Origin: a virus
Reading direction: 5' to 3' (one strand)
Length of the DNA: 64,000 nt
Virus record (IMG/VR): IMGVR_UViG_3300045988_139474
Location: 32,001 to 96,000 of that record
Shown here: piece by piece, positions 35,742 through 44,501 of the stretch
Layout of the letters: the number at the start of each line of letters is the position of its first letter
How positions within the stretch are numbered: position 1 is the first letter of the stretch
The notes under the pieces: model-generated
Databases searched by the model: none
What the model was told of the DNA's origin: nothing
Seen by the model: only the letters and a program-made list of their open reading frames with translations
Made by a program: the position numbers and the translations under genes

Positions 35742-35787
35742 TTTCAATTCTCCTGCAGACGGCCTATTGCTAAGCCGTCCATCTCAA

Positions 35788-37953
35788 TCAGCCCTCGCAA
35801 GCGATACACTCACCTCTAGGGTTTGAGCCTCGTGTAAGTCGGGTGCTGCGTTGGTAATACAAGCCTTTGATGTTTGGATTTTCAAGGGCTTCTCTGGTCA
35901 CCTCTGAGATGTATTCCTCATCCTCGACAAAGAACAAGTTCAATGATTGGCCTTGACAGATGAACTTCTGACGCTGAGCAGCCAATCGGACTAATGCTGA
36001 TTGGTTGATTTCAAAAGCGGTCTTGAATACGGCCTTTTCTTCGTCAGTCAAGAAGTCCAGATGTTGAACTGAACCTTGATAGTTGTCGTTGATGTCTCGG
36101 ACAATATCATCATTGTACTTGTCGTATTTCTTCAGGACTTTGATGAACTCAGGATTGATACGCACCATGTTACCAGCAGCCGTGTTTTGGGTGAAAGTAT
36201 TAGAAACAAACGGCTCGATACCTTGACTAACACCACCGCAAAGTACAGCTGAGCTCATATTAGGCGCAATGGCTGTACGTGTTGAATTGCGGATTCCGTA
36301 TCCTTTGGTGACTTCACACTCGCCCAGGATTTCGGCTAACCATTGACTAGCTCGTAAGGTTTCATCATGAATCTTGCGGAAGATAGCCATGTTTTCAAAG
36401 CTTGCTTGCAAGGAATCAATTGGAATCATCTTGGATTGAAGATAGGTGTGGAAGCCTAAAGCACCCAAGCCCAAAGCGCGGTATTTCTCGGTGAATCGTG
36501 CAATCTTCTCAAGGCCAGGTGTTGTTTGCATCTGGATTAGGGAATGACTGCACACGCAATCAAGGAACACCAGTGACCAGAAGATTGTATCTTCATCAAA
36601 CTCATCCCACTTGGCTAAGTTCAAAGAGGATAACACGCAGCTAAAGGTTAGCTCCTCGCTTGCGGGCAAGGCGATTTCGGTGCAGTTGTGTACCAAGATG
36701 CCGTTGCAGGCATATTGACCTGGCGCAATATAGAAGTTGTGAACCTCATCAACGGTCAAGTCGTACACATCAACTTCACCCTCAAGATATTCAACATTGA
36801 CTACTTTGAGCCCGTGAGGCAGGTTGAATGCTTGTAACTCATAACCCAAAGAATCTTTCGCTTCAATCCATGTACCACGGAATGAGGCTAGTTGATGCTC
36901 AGGCGTACACTTGAATTTGTCGCCATTCTCAAGGGTTACTTCAACAACCTGCTTAGTACCTGTCTTGAACGCAACGGCCTCTCGAATGATAGGCTTACTC
37001 CAAGTATCAAACCCAATCAATTTGGTAAGTTGTTTTGAGCAATACACTAGGAATTTGACTGTACCGTTAGATTCTTTGGCTAACTGCTCAATAGCAACAG
37101 CATTTCTGCCGTCTGCTACTGCTACCAAAGTATCGCCTGTAAAGCAAAGGTTTGAGGCATAGACTTTCTCACCAGTCTGACGGATACACTCAGGCGCAAG
37201 TCGGTTAGCAACATCCGACTTCCAGATGTAGCCTTTACCAAAACGGCTGCGGGTGTACATCATCTCGGTATAACGGCGGATAGCCTCCGCATCACCTTGT
37301 CCTAGACGGTCAATGAATTCATCCGTGAAGTTGTAGCCAATATTGGCCTCACCTGGATTCTTGAGGACATAGTCATTCATCTCGTCAAAGTCACCATGGT
37401 CCATGTCGATATAGCCAGCCCAAGAACCACGGCGATTGTTGCCTTGGGATACTAATTGGGCGGTGCAAGTGAACATGTCGAATACTGGAACAACGCCATC
37501 AGCTTCGCCACCGACTGAGATTGGAGTGCCTCTCGGTCGAATATCCCCCAAGTAGGCTGATGTACCGTAGCCGTTCTTGCTCAATAACGCCATCTCACGC
37601 AAGGCTGAGTAGAAGCCGTCAATTGAATCTTCAATGTAGCTACCAGAGCAGCTGACTGAATGACCTCGATTGGTACCAGTGTTGCAATATACAGGTGTTG
37701 ACGGTGCAAGATGACCTTTCCACATGATATCAAAAAACTTCTGTTCAGCCGTCTCTTGATGCTCAAATGGGAGATATTTCGCTAGGGTCTTTGCAATCGT
37801 CTGAAAGCGTGAGCGGACAGTTTCGCCGTTGTAGGCATACTTATTGCGAAACATGATATAGCCCTGAGTAGTCATCCATTCAGGGATTTCATTTTGAGAT
37901 ATCAGTTGTTTGCGCTCAGCTGATAGCTCTTCGTAGGATTTTTTGTTGCTCAT
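35788..37953 (-). CDS. Class I ribonucleotide reductase alpha subunit, intein-containing (721 aa precursor, ~567 aa spliced)
   Basis: Extein junction ASNL/CTEIALP restores the SNLC.EI thiyl-radical loop. C-terminal redox pair ECIACEG. No ATP-cone. A beta subunit is encoded nearby. Confidence 0.85.
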   Translation of the reverse strand: MSNKKSYEELSAERKQLISQNEIPEWMTTQGYIMFRNKYAYNGETVRSRFQTIAKTLAKYLPFEHQETAEQKFFDIMWKGHLAPSTPVYCNTGTNRGHSVSCSGSYIEDSIDGFYSALREMALLSKNGYGTSAYLGDIRPRGTPISVGGEADGVVPVFDMFTCTAQLVSQGNNRRGSWAGYIDMDHGDFDEMNDYVLKNPGEANIGYNFTDEFIDRLGQGDAEAIRRYTEMMYTRSRFGKGYIWKSDVANRLAPECIRQTGEKVYASNLCFTGDTLVAVADGRNAVAIEQLAKESNGTVKFLVYCSKQLTKLIGFDTWSKPIIREAVAFKTGTKQVVEVTLENGDKFKCTPEHQLASFRGTWIEAKDSLGYELQAFNLPHGLKVVNVEYLEGEVDVYDLTVDEVHNFYIAPGQYACNGILVHNCTEIALPASEELTFSCVLSSLNLAKWDEFDEDTIFWSLVFLDCVCSHSLIQMQTTPGLEKIARFTEKYRALGLGALGFHTYLQSKMIPIDSLQASFENMAIFRKIHDETLRASQWLAEILGECEVTKGYGIRNSTRTAIAPNMSSAVLCGGVSQGIEPFVSNTFTQNTAAGNMVRINPEFIKVLKKYDKYNDDIVRDINDNYQGSVQHLDFLTDEEKAVFKTAFEINQSALVRLAAQRQKFICQGQSLNLFFVEDEEYISEVTREALENPNIKGLYYQRSTRLTRGSNPRGECIACEG
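36685..37146 (-). mobile_element. Mini-intein (154 aa, no homing-endonuclease domain) inside the RNR alpha gene
   Basis: Block A CFTGDTLVAV starts at TGC 37144-37146. Block B KCTPEHQL, block F VYDLTVDEVHNFY, block G GILVHN ends at AAC 36685-36687, followed by +1 Cys. Confidence 0.85.
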
Positions 37954-37985
37954 TTATTGTCTCTATCAGATATTCATTGTTACAA

Positions 37986-38026
37986 ATGAAAAAGCAGCAT
38001 GTTATTCTTTTGAATAACATGCTGCT
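37986..38026 (-). terminator. Intrinsic terminator after gene 38040-38543
   Basis: Minus sense AGCAGCATGTTATTCaaaaGAATAACATGCTGCT followed by TTTTTCATTTG. Confidence 0.7.
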
Positions 38027-38039
38027 AACAGTCTGGTCG

Positions 38040-38543
38040 CTATCGTATCTCTGTGACACTCACTTTGACTTTTGGACCAACAATATCCAGATATTGGCCT
38101 CTTTCATTGTCAGGGTCATTCGGGTCTGCGATGAAATAGTCTTCATAATATACCGTTTCGGTGTTCTTTACAGGCTCAAAGGCAAATCCGCAGAAGTCTT
38201 CAAGATATTCCTGGCCGTATTCCTCGTCCATCTCTTTGACTAATGCTTCAAAGGCCTTGATGTCAAAAATCAAGCCGTTGTAAATCATGTCTTCAAGTCG
38301 GTCAGAATAGTCGCCAAGAAATTCCTGGTCGTTGTAGTCAGGCAATTTGTCCTTTGGACTAGCCTTGATATGTTTCCACAGGCCTTGGATAGTCAATCGG
38401 GCTTGCTCTTCAACTTCTCGATAAGACCAACCAAACAGGTGCAACGCCTTTCGATACAGTTGTAAGGCTCGCTGGCCGTTACCCTCGTTGATTGATTGTT
38501 TCAAGCTTTCTGTAATCTTTGCAGCTTTCGTTTTATCTTCCAT
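38040..38543 (-). CDS. Hypothetical protein, paralog family 3 (167 aa)
   Basis: ITESLKQSINEGNGQRALQLYRKAL...NGLIFDIKAFEALVK parallels IVESLKRSVTEANNRKALELYKEFL...NGLFFDIKDLEAAVK of 38909-39415. Confidence 0.6.
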   Translation of the reverse strand: MEDKTKAAKITESLKQSINEGNGQRALQLYRKALHLFGWSYREVEEQARLTIQGLWKHIKASPKDKLPDYNDQEFLGDYSDRLEDMIYNGLIFDIKAFEALVKEMDEEYGQEYLEDFCGFAFEPVKNTETVYYEDYFIADPNDPDNERGQYLDIVGPKVKVSVTEIR

Positions 38544-38561
38544 GTGATTTGCTCCTTAGTG

Positions 38562-38831
38562 TTAAAGCATGACCCAGTCTTCAGACAAAACGTCAGTTTG
38601 ACTAGCTAACCATGGGACTAACTTGCCGTCAGCCGTTTTCATGTAGATTGCGTCCAGCACGTCTTTCGTCTCGGCATCTGGGTGATTGTAGGCATCGTTG
38701 ATGACCTTAGTAATAGCCTCACCTCGAACCAAGAACAGGAACATGTTTTTGCCGTTCCAACCATTGCGGGCAACTAGGCCACCCATTTTCAAATGCTCAA
38801 GGGCATTACCAAAAGTAAGCAATTCAGGCAT
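38562..38831 (-). CDS. DUF2829-family protein (Tad2-like candidate)
   Basis: FGNALEHLKMGGLVARNGWNGKNMF...IYMKTADGKLVPWLASQTDVLSEDW matches the DUF2829 consensus as I remember it (FG.AL..LK.G..V.R.GWNGK.M...MKTADG..VPW.ASQ.D.LAEDW). Confidence 0.7.
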   Translation of the reverse strand: MPELLTFGNALEHLKMGGLVARNGWNGKNMFLFLVRGEAITKVINDAYNHPDAETKDVLDAIYMKTADGKLVPWLASQTDVLSEDWVML

Positions 38832-38851
38832 TGTGTATCTCCTTAATGTTT

Positions 38852-38898
38852 TTCAAATACAAAACAGCAGGCTAATCGGAGGAATAGATTGCTGCTGT
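38852..38898 (-). terminator. Possible intrinsic terminator after gene 38909-39415
   Basis: Minus sense ACAGCAGC-loop-GCCTGCTGT followed by TTTGTATTTG. The loop is about 20 nt, so the call is weaker. Confidence 0.4.
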
Positions 38899-38908
38899 TG
38901 TAGGGTTG

Positions 38909-39415
38909 TTAGGCTTCTAAAGTCGCACGGACTTGTTGACTGACGATTTTGAAATACTCCTCATCATAGCCTTGAGGGTCATGTGCGCCGTTACCGATTG
39001 CATATTCATCCTCAAGCACCACTTCTGTATTCTTGACTACTTCAAGCACCAGATAGTGGCCATCACGCTCATCTTCAGGCATAGTCTTCAGATACTTGAC
39101 TGCTGCTTCCAAGTCCTTGATATCAAAGAATAGGCCGTTCAGAATGATGTTCTCAAACCAGCGTGTGTAGGGATTACTGCCGCCAGGTTTGACTTCCTTA
39201 GGCTCAGGCATGTACTTGTCCGCAAGCTTCTTATCAAGCTCAGGGTCAAATTTGGCGTATTCCCAAAGATAGTCGATGTTCTCTTCAGCAACTTCCTCAA
39301 TATCACCAGACGACATCTTGGTCAGCTTCAAGAACTCCTTGTAAAGCTCAAGTGCCTTGCGGTTGTTAGCCTCAGTCACTGAGCGTTTCAAGCTTTCTAC
39401 AATTTTCATGTTCAT
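38909..39415 (-). CDS. Hypothetical protein, paralog family 3 (168 aa)
   Basis: See 38040-38543. Confidence 0.6.
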   Translation of the reverse strand: MNMKIVESLKRSVTEANNRKALELYKEFLKLTKMSSGDIEEVAEENIDYLWEYAKFDPELDKKLADKYMPEPKEVKPGGSNPYTRWFENIILNGLFFDIKDLEAAVKYLKTMPEDERDGHYLVLEVVKNTEVVLEDEYAIGNGAHDPQGYDEEYFKIVSQQVRATLEA

Positions 39416-39419
39416 TTCC

Positions 39420-39752
39420 TTAATTGGATGGAATAGGCTTCCTGTAGCTTCTCACAATAGCATCTCTGATGGTTGAATCGGACAAATGAAACTCTGCATA
39501 TTTCAGCGGTGTCCACTTATTACCGTCAACAACTATCAAGTCACCAATGTAGGTCTTGTTAGGCTCGTGATTGCCATGGGCAAAGTCTGGTCCAGTGAAG
39601 TAGATAGCACCTGCATCATGATTTGAACGGCCTACAAGATAGCCAGCCTTGCGTAAATCCTTGATTACTTCGTCAGTATTCTCAGCTGTTAACTCAACAA
39701 CTCGGACAGAAACAAGGCCGATATTCGTCACTACTTGTTTGAAGTCTAGCAT
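39420..39752 (-). CDS. Hypothetical protein (110 aa)
   Basis: ORF in a coupled series. No motif recognised. Confidence 0.55.
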   Translation of the reverse strand: MLDFKQVVTNIGLVSVRVVELTAENTDEVIKDLRKAGYLVGRSNHDAGAIYFTGPDFAHGNHEPNKTYIGDLIVVDGNKWTPLKYAEFHLSDSTIRDAIVRSYRKPIPSN

Positions 39753-39764
39753 AGGCTTATCTCG

Positions 39765-40142
39765 TTACTTCTTCTGCTCTTGCTTGTTAGCTTCAACGGC
39801 CTTTGTAAGCTCAGTTGTGATGTATTCGCGGATAGCTTTCACCTCAGGAGTGTCCTTGACTTCCTGAACCAGCTCATTCGCAGCCAGAGTGTATAAGGTG
39901 ATACGGCTCGGCAAGACAACGGAAAGCGCAATCAGGACAGCAAGGGTAACAGAGGCCGTCTTAAACAGGAAGCTCTTGATTATGTCTGAGGCTTCCATAT
40001 CTACAAGGTCAGCCCACATAGGTAAGAAAATCAAGAATACCGCAAACAGGATACCGAATGCGATTGTGACAGTGATGATACCTTGAAAGATATCATTTAA
40101 ATACAGATACAGCAACATCTTCGGCCTCCTTATTTCTTCCAA
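39765..40142 (-). CDS. Hypothetical membrane protein (125 aa)
   Basis: Two hydrophobic helices. Overlaps the RNR beta stop region by 13 nt. Confidence 0.55.
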   Translation of the reverse strand: MEEIRRPKMLLYLYLNDIFQGIITVTIAFGILFAVFLIFLPMWADLVDMEASDIIKSFLFKTASVTLAVLIALSVVLPSRITLYTLAANELVQEVKDTPEVKAIREYITTELTKAVEANKQEQKK

Positions 40143-41176
40143 GCATTAGCAAATTTGTCTTTGCTCCACTTCACGTGATACTCTGAACCGCCACCACTGA
40201 AGAAGTCATGGAAGTTGATTGAGTTGATATCACGGTAGAACCAATTTTCAATCGTCTTGTCTGACTCTTCCTCATCAAAGTAAGGATTCAGACCTATCAA
40301 GCCTCGACAGAAATTGATGCGGTGTTTGATAAAGTCTTTCATCTGGCCTGCGCTGATACCGTGAATCTCGCCATTGCTAAACAGCTTATCAATGATTTGG
40401 GACTCATGCTCAAACACTTTCAGGCTCAAGTCATCGATGATTTGCATCAGTACAGATTTCTGAGTATCAGTCAATTGACGCTCAGACAACAAGTGACGGA
40501 AAGTCGCTGCACCGCACATAGCATGCAGGTTTTCATCGGTAACTGATTGATTGATGCCTCGATTCAGGGTAGTCATGAGATTCTTCGCGCCTGCTTCCTG
40601 TGCTTGGAAGTGTTTCAGGAAAGCAAAGGAGGAATACAGAACAACACCCTCAATAAATACGAAGCCTGCGATTGAGACCAAGTCATCTTTAGCTGATGCT
40701 ACTTGACCGATGAAGTCCATGCGCTCAACCAATACAGGGTCTTGCTTCCATTCAGCATAGAACTCAGGCGTGTCGATATACAGCACCTTGTTAGCTTCGT
40801 TGTAGAAAGGCGCATGGCTATTCAATTCCACAGCGAAGAACATTGAGGCTGCACGCTGGAATTCAGGCCGTGGGAATATGCGGCTGTAACGCCTTGCCCA
40901 ATAGTCCTCACCGACAGCCAGCTCATAATGAGTAAACAGTCGGAGGATTTCGATGATTGCAAGTCGTTCAGCCTCCGTGCAATTCTGACGCAGGTCAGGA
41001 ACGTCATTCTGCATATCATATTCTGTAAACGGCCAGAATGTATGCATCTGCTGGTCGGCAAAGGCCTCAATGTCTTTGTATTCCAGCACCCAGCCGTCAA
41101 CAGGCTGGTAGATTTTCTGGGAGCGGTCTTGAGATTCCGCTAACAAAGCAATCTTTTCTGCTAATTTTGTATCCAT
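40130..41176 (-). CDS. Class I ribonucleotide reductase beta subunit
   Basis: Ferritin-like di-iron pattern: FFAVELNSHAPFY, FVFIEGVVLYSSFAF, VTDENLHAMCG. 348 aa. Confidence 0.8.
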   Translation of the reverse strand: MDTKLAEKIALLAESQDRSQKIYQPVDGWVLEYKDIEAFADQQMHTFWPFTEYDMQNDVPDLRQNCTEAERLAIIEILRLFTHYELAVGEDYWARRYSRIFPRPEFQRAASMFFAVELNSHAPFYNEANKVLYIDTPEFYAEWKQDPVLVERMDFIGQVASAKDDLVSIAGFVFIEGVVLYSSFAFLKHFQAQEAGAKNLMTTLNRGINQSVTDENLHAMCGAATFRHLLSERQLTDTQKSVLMQIIDDLSLKVFEHESQIIDKLFSNGEIHGISAGQMKDFIKHRINFCRGLIGLNPYFDEEESDKTIENWFYRDINSINFHDFFSGGGSEYHVKWSKDKFANAWKK

Positions 41177-41211
41177 ATAATATCCTAGTGTAACAAGGCA
41201 ATCGCCTTTCG

Positions 41212-41248
41212 TATATTACAAAGCACCGTGAGATGAAAAAGCGCATTT
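41212..41248 (-). promoter_or_regulatory. Class-1 conserved promoter motif, copy d
   Basis: Minus sense AAATGCGCTTTTTCATCTCACGGTGCTTTGTAATATACG, upstream of RNR beta. Confidence 0.55.
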
Positions 41249-41273
41249 AACGCTAAAAATTTTTAAGCTTGGG

Positions 41274-41621
41274 CTACTGGAAGTTTTCGGCTATTTCAGC
41301 GATAATCTCGTCAAGAAGCCGTTTGCGCTCTTCTAGCATGTAGTGAACAACCAAAAACTCAAAGCTCGTTAAGGATTGAATGTGAGGATTTTGAGCTTGT
41401 GTGTAGTTATCGGCTGCGGCTTCTGTCAGCCACTTCAAATGACCTACCAAATTGCCCTCTCTTAGCAACCGCGCTTTTTCTTCAGCTTCTGACTTGAAGC
41501 CGTCAAGTTCAGCCTTGAGTTTCAATCGGGCTTTAGCTTCGTGCATGGCTGCTTCTTCAAAAGCTTCACGTGCCTCAGGATTTTTACAGGCTTCGTGATA
41601 TGTCTTCAAGATTTTACACAT
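41274..41621 (-). CDS. Paralog family 4, member 5 (115 aa)
   Basis: Start trimmed to ATG 41621 (AAGGAG SD). NPEAREAFEEAAMHEAKARL aligns with the other four members. Confidence 0.6.
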   Translation of the reverse strand: MCKILKTYHEACKNPEAREAFEEAAMHEAKARLKLKAELDGFKSEAEEKARLLREGNLVGHLKWLTEAAADNYTQAQNPHIQSLTSFEFLVVHYMLEERKRLLDEIIAEIAENFQ

Positions 41622-41631
41622 TTGATTCTCC

Positions 41632-41985
41632 TTAACAAGCCAATGCAAGATGCTCAGATGTCGCGCCTACAACATCATGAATGATATCAGCCATCTGTTG
41701 ACAGAGGTAGCAATCAGCCAAGCACTTAAAGCTCTTGTCTGGCTCAATATTAGGGTCGATAGCTCGGTCATACTCTTCTGACGCATCAAATGCGTCCTCA
41801 TACAATTCTGCGACATCCAAACATTGTCGCAGCCACTCTTTCATATGTTCTTTTGAGCCAAAGCCGTTATCAACCAGATAGTCATTGAACTCTTCTTGAG
41901 CTTGCAATTTAGCAGCCTGTCTAAAGGCTTCACGCTCCTCAGGATTGAGACTTGCTTGACAATAGTTTTGCGTTGGTCGGTACAT
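41632..41985 (-). CDS. Paralog family 4, member 4 (117 aa)
   Basis: MYRPTQNY...EEREAFRQAAKLQAQEEF...DPNIEPDKSFKCL. Confidence 0.6.
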   Translation of the reverse strand: MYRPTQNYCQASLNPEEREAFRQAAKLQAQEEFNDYLVDNGFGSKEHMKEWLRQCLDVAELYEDAFDASEEYDRAIDPNIEPDKSFKCLADCYLCQQMADIIHDVVGATSEHLALAC

Positions 41986-42365
41986 CAGATTTCCTTTCCC
42001 TTGTTAATCTCTAAGCCTGCGGCCAATCGTTTCTCTTCAAGCACACTTTCAATCATGTACATATACGTCTCAAGAAGCAAGGCTTCAACCAAAGCTTCAA
42101 AACTGTCTTCAGGGCTGATATCAGGTTGTACGGCTCGTTGTCGATAGTCGTTAGCTTCTTCCTCAGCATAGTACAGACGTGTACGCAATTCACCTTCTGT
42201 CTCTTGACTTAAGGTATGGCGCATATGCTCTACTGATGAAAAGCCTTCACCGACCAAGCCGTCTTTGAAGCGCGTGTTAGCCTCAATTTCAGCTCGGTAC
42301 TCAAAGTCCAAGTAAGTCGCAAAGTCGCTATCTAAGTTGTGAAGATTTGCTTTAGGTCGATACAT
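41985..42365 (-). CDS. Paralog family 4, member 3 (126 aa)
   Basis: MYRPKANL...QPDISPEDSFEALV. ATG 42365 overlaps the upstream TGA by 1 nt. Confidence 0.6.
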   Translation of the reverse strand: MYRPKANLHNLDSDFATYLDFEYRAEIEANTRFKDGLVGEGFSSVEHMRHTLSQETEGELRTRLYYAEEEANDYRQRAVQPDISPEDSFEALVEALLLETYMYMIESVLEEKRLAAGLEINKGKEI

Positions 42366-42739
42366 CACATCTTCTCCTTGCTAAGCATTCGGATTGGCTT
42401 GCCACCAAGAATCTTATTGACGGCTGTAAGGGCTGTAATAGTGAAGTATGAGTGGACTGTTTCCTCAAAGCTTTCCTCTGGACTAGCATTCGGGTCGTAA
42501 GATTTGGTGCTTGATTCTTCAAGGTCGTCTTGAAGACTCAAGGAGTAAAAGGTCAAGTCTAACGCAGGCTCAGCACGCAGGCAACTTTCCCAGTCCTCTT
42601 CTGAGGCAAATCCGCGTTCTTTCAAGTCAGCATTGAAGCGTTCTTTAGCCTCTTTATGTGCTGCGTCTGTAAAAGCTTTGAAGTCAACATCATCGCCTTT
42701 GACGGCTTGATTAAGGTTCATTGTCGGTTGAAACATCAT
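42365..42739 (-). CDS. Paralog family 4, member 2 (124 aa)
   Basis: Start trimmed to ATG 42739 (GAGAGGA SD). MMFQPTMNL...DPNASPEESFEETV. Confidence 0.6.
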   Translation of the reverse strand: MMFQPTMNLNQAVKGDDVDFKAFTDAAHKEAKERFNADLKERGFASEEDWESCLRAEPALDLTFYSLSLQDDLEESSTKSYDPNASPEESFEETVHSYFTITALTAVNKILGGKPIRMLSKEKM

Positions 42740-42747
42740 TTGTCCTC

Positions 42748-43119
42748 TCAATCGCCGTATTGATTACGTTCACGGATAGCGTACAACTCAGCTAACACGA
42801 TATTGAAGACATTGATTGTCTCTTCAACTTCGATTGCCTGCACCAATAATTCAAAGCTCTTCTCAGGGCTAATAGTCGGATTAGTTGCTTGAAAGCGCAA
42901 TTCCTCAGCTTCCAATTCCATGTCTGCTGATTGGCTCTCTAAATCGGTCTCAGCCTCACCGCGCAAGGCATCCATCATAGCCTCGACTGAATTGTACCCT
43001 TCCTTTTTCAATCCTGCTTTGAACCGTGCTTGAGCTTCATGAGTAGTTGCTGTTTCAAACACTTCACGTTCAAGGTAGTCATCTTGAATCTGGCTGAGGT
43101 TTTTAGTCGGTCGGTACAT
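42748..43119 (-). CDS. Paralog family 4, member 1 (123 aa)
   Basis: MYRPTKNL...EREVFETATTHEAQARF...NPTISPEKSFELLV. Confidence 0.6.
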   Translation of the reverse strand: MYRPTKNLSQIQDDYLEREVFETATTHEAQARFKAGLKKEGYNSVEAMMDALRGEAETDLESQSADMELEAEELRFQATNPTISPEKSFELLVQAIEVEETINVFNIVLAELYAIRERNQYGD

Positions 43120-43167
43120 GTGGTCTCCTTTTGCGGTTTTGGTTGAGATAATTCAATATTTCATGAA

Positions 43168-43183
43168 CTAATACTAATTTTTA
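43168..43183 (-). promoter_or_regulatory. Class-2 intergenic motif
   Basis: Minus sense TAAAAATTAGTATTAGTTCATGAAATATTGAATTATCTC, 49 nt upstream of start 43119. Confidence 0.45.
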
Positions 43184-43495
43184 GCTATCGGACACGACAA
43201 ACTGCGCCTTAGCTTCCTCAAGAAACTTGGCGTACAAGTATTCCATTGTCTCAATCAAGTTTTGCTTGAAGTTAAACAGCTTGAGTCGGTTATCAGAGGC
43301 TACACTCACGCAAGTCTGGTTCATGGTGTAATATAGGCCTGAAGTGTCGTTTTCAAGACGGAAGGCTGCACCCTTCAGCGCAGCCTTTTCTAAGCCTAAC
43401 AACCAACCAGAGATAGTCACTTGAGTCAGCTCATCAGTTACCCGACAAACTGAGAAAGCCTCAAACAACTCTGTACGGTCAATTTGGGCTTGCAT
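43181..43495 (-). CDS. Hypothetical protein (104 aa)
   Basis: Start trimmed to ATG 43495 (GAGGG SD, just after the upstream stop). Confidence 0.5.
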   Translation of the reverse strand: MQAQIDRTELFEAFSVCRVTDELTQVTISGWLLGLEKAALKGAAFRLENDTSGLYYTMNQTCVSVASDNRLKLFNFKQNLIETMEYLYAKFLEEAKAQFVVSDS

Positions 43496-43499
43496 AGCT

Positions 43500-44501
43500 T
43501 CAGCCCTCGTATTTCCGAATGCGCATAGCAACACCGTTCATCAGCTTATTAAGCTTGTTGAACTCGCAGAAGCTGTTTTGACAAGTGCCTAACGACCAGA
43601 TACGGTCATGAGGCTCTTTCATGTAGTCCAAGATTTCTTCAGGCTTGAACTCAAGGCCGTTATCAGACATGATTGACTGAATATTGGTCGTGAAATTACG
43701 AATCCAGTCATTGTAATCTTGCTGAGACCAGCGATTGAGGTTGTATTTGACTCTCTTCTTACCAATCTCATCAACAAAGATTTCGCAGTTGCCGATGAGC
43801 CAGTCAATCCCTTGAATAGCACCTGGGCCACAGTTGACGTAGTCATTGTCTGTAAATTGGTACTCAGGGCAATACGTCCAATCCTCCCAGATTTGGTAAG
43901 CAATGAACTCACCAAAGCCTTTGATTGTCTTCAGGGTCTCAACGGCTTCTTCGGCGGATTCTGCTTTCAGGGCAGCCAAGATTTTATCCTTGTTGTCCAT
44001 GATAAGCTTGAAGCGCGCCAGCGTGTAACCTCGAAGCTCAGGAGCGTTCTTGTAAGCCTCAAGTACGACCATACTCAAGAAGTAGGCGTTTGACTGACGG
44101 GTTTCACCCTTGCCTTCGCCTTTCAAGCCAGCCTCAACCTTTTTGAAGAACTCCCAGTCAATATCGGCTGAAGTAGCATGAGCCATTCGGATAGGCCATT
44201 CAGGCAACCAACTACAGCCTGCCTCGTTATTGATACAGCGGAACAAGGCGCAGTTCATTGCTTTATCCTCAAGGCTCAAGTCTGGATTCTCGCAGACGGT
44301 CTCTAGGAGGAACTGGGACTCACGGTCATTCTTGCGATGGACGTTAGTGAACTTGTAGTGCTTCAAGTAGTAGTCGTCAGTCCAGGGCTTTGGCTGGCCT
44401 AACACGTTCTTGCGACGGTAAACATCTGAACGTCCGTATTGATAATCACGATACAACTTGAGTTTATCGGCCTGAATCGGCAAATTGAGATTTTTAGCCA
44501 T
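43500..44501 (-). CDS. aGPT-pyrophosphorylase-like DNA base hypermodification protein (candidate)
   Basis: N-terminal GQPKPWTDDYYLKHYKFTNVHRKNDRESQFL matches the motif I recall for alpha-glutamyl/putrescinyl thymine pyrophosphorylase family proteins (G.P.PWT.D.IL..Y.F.NV.R..DR.SQ). Not verified by HMM. Confidence 0.5.
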   Translation of the reverse strand: MAKNLNLPIQADKLKLYRDYQYGRSDVYRRKNVLGQPKPWTDDYYLKHYKFTNVHRKNDRESQFLLETVCENPDLSLEDKAMNCALFRCINNEAGCSWLPEWPIRMAHATSADIDWEFFKKVEAGLKGEGKGETRQSNAYFLSMVVLEAYKNAPELRGYTLARFKLIMDNKDKILAALKAESAEEAVETLKTIKGFGEFIAYQIWEDWTYCPEYQFTDNDYVNCGPGAIQGIDWLIGNCEIFVDEIGKKRVKYNLNRWSQQDYNDWIRNFTTNIQSIMSDNGLEFKPEEILDYMKEPHDRIWSLGTCQNSFCEFNKLNKLMNGVAMRIRKYEG

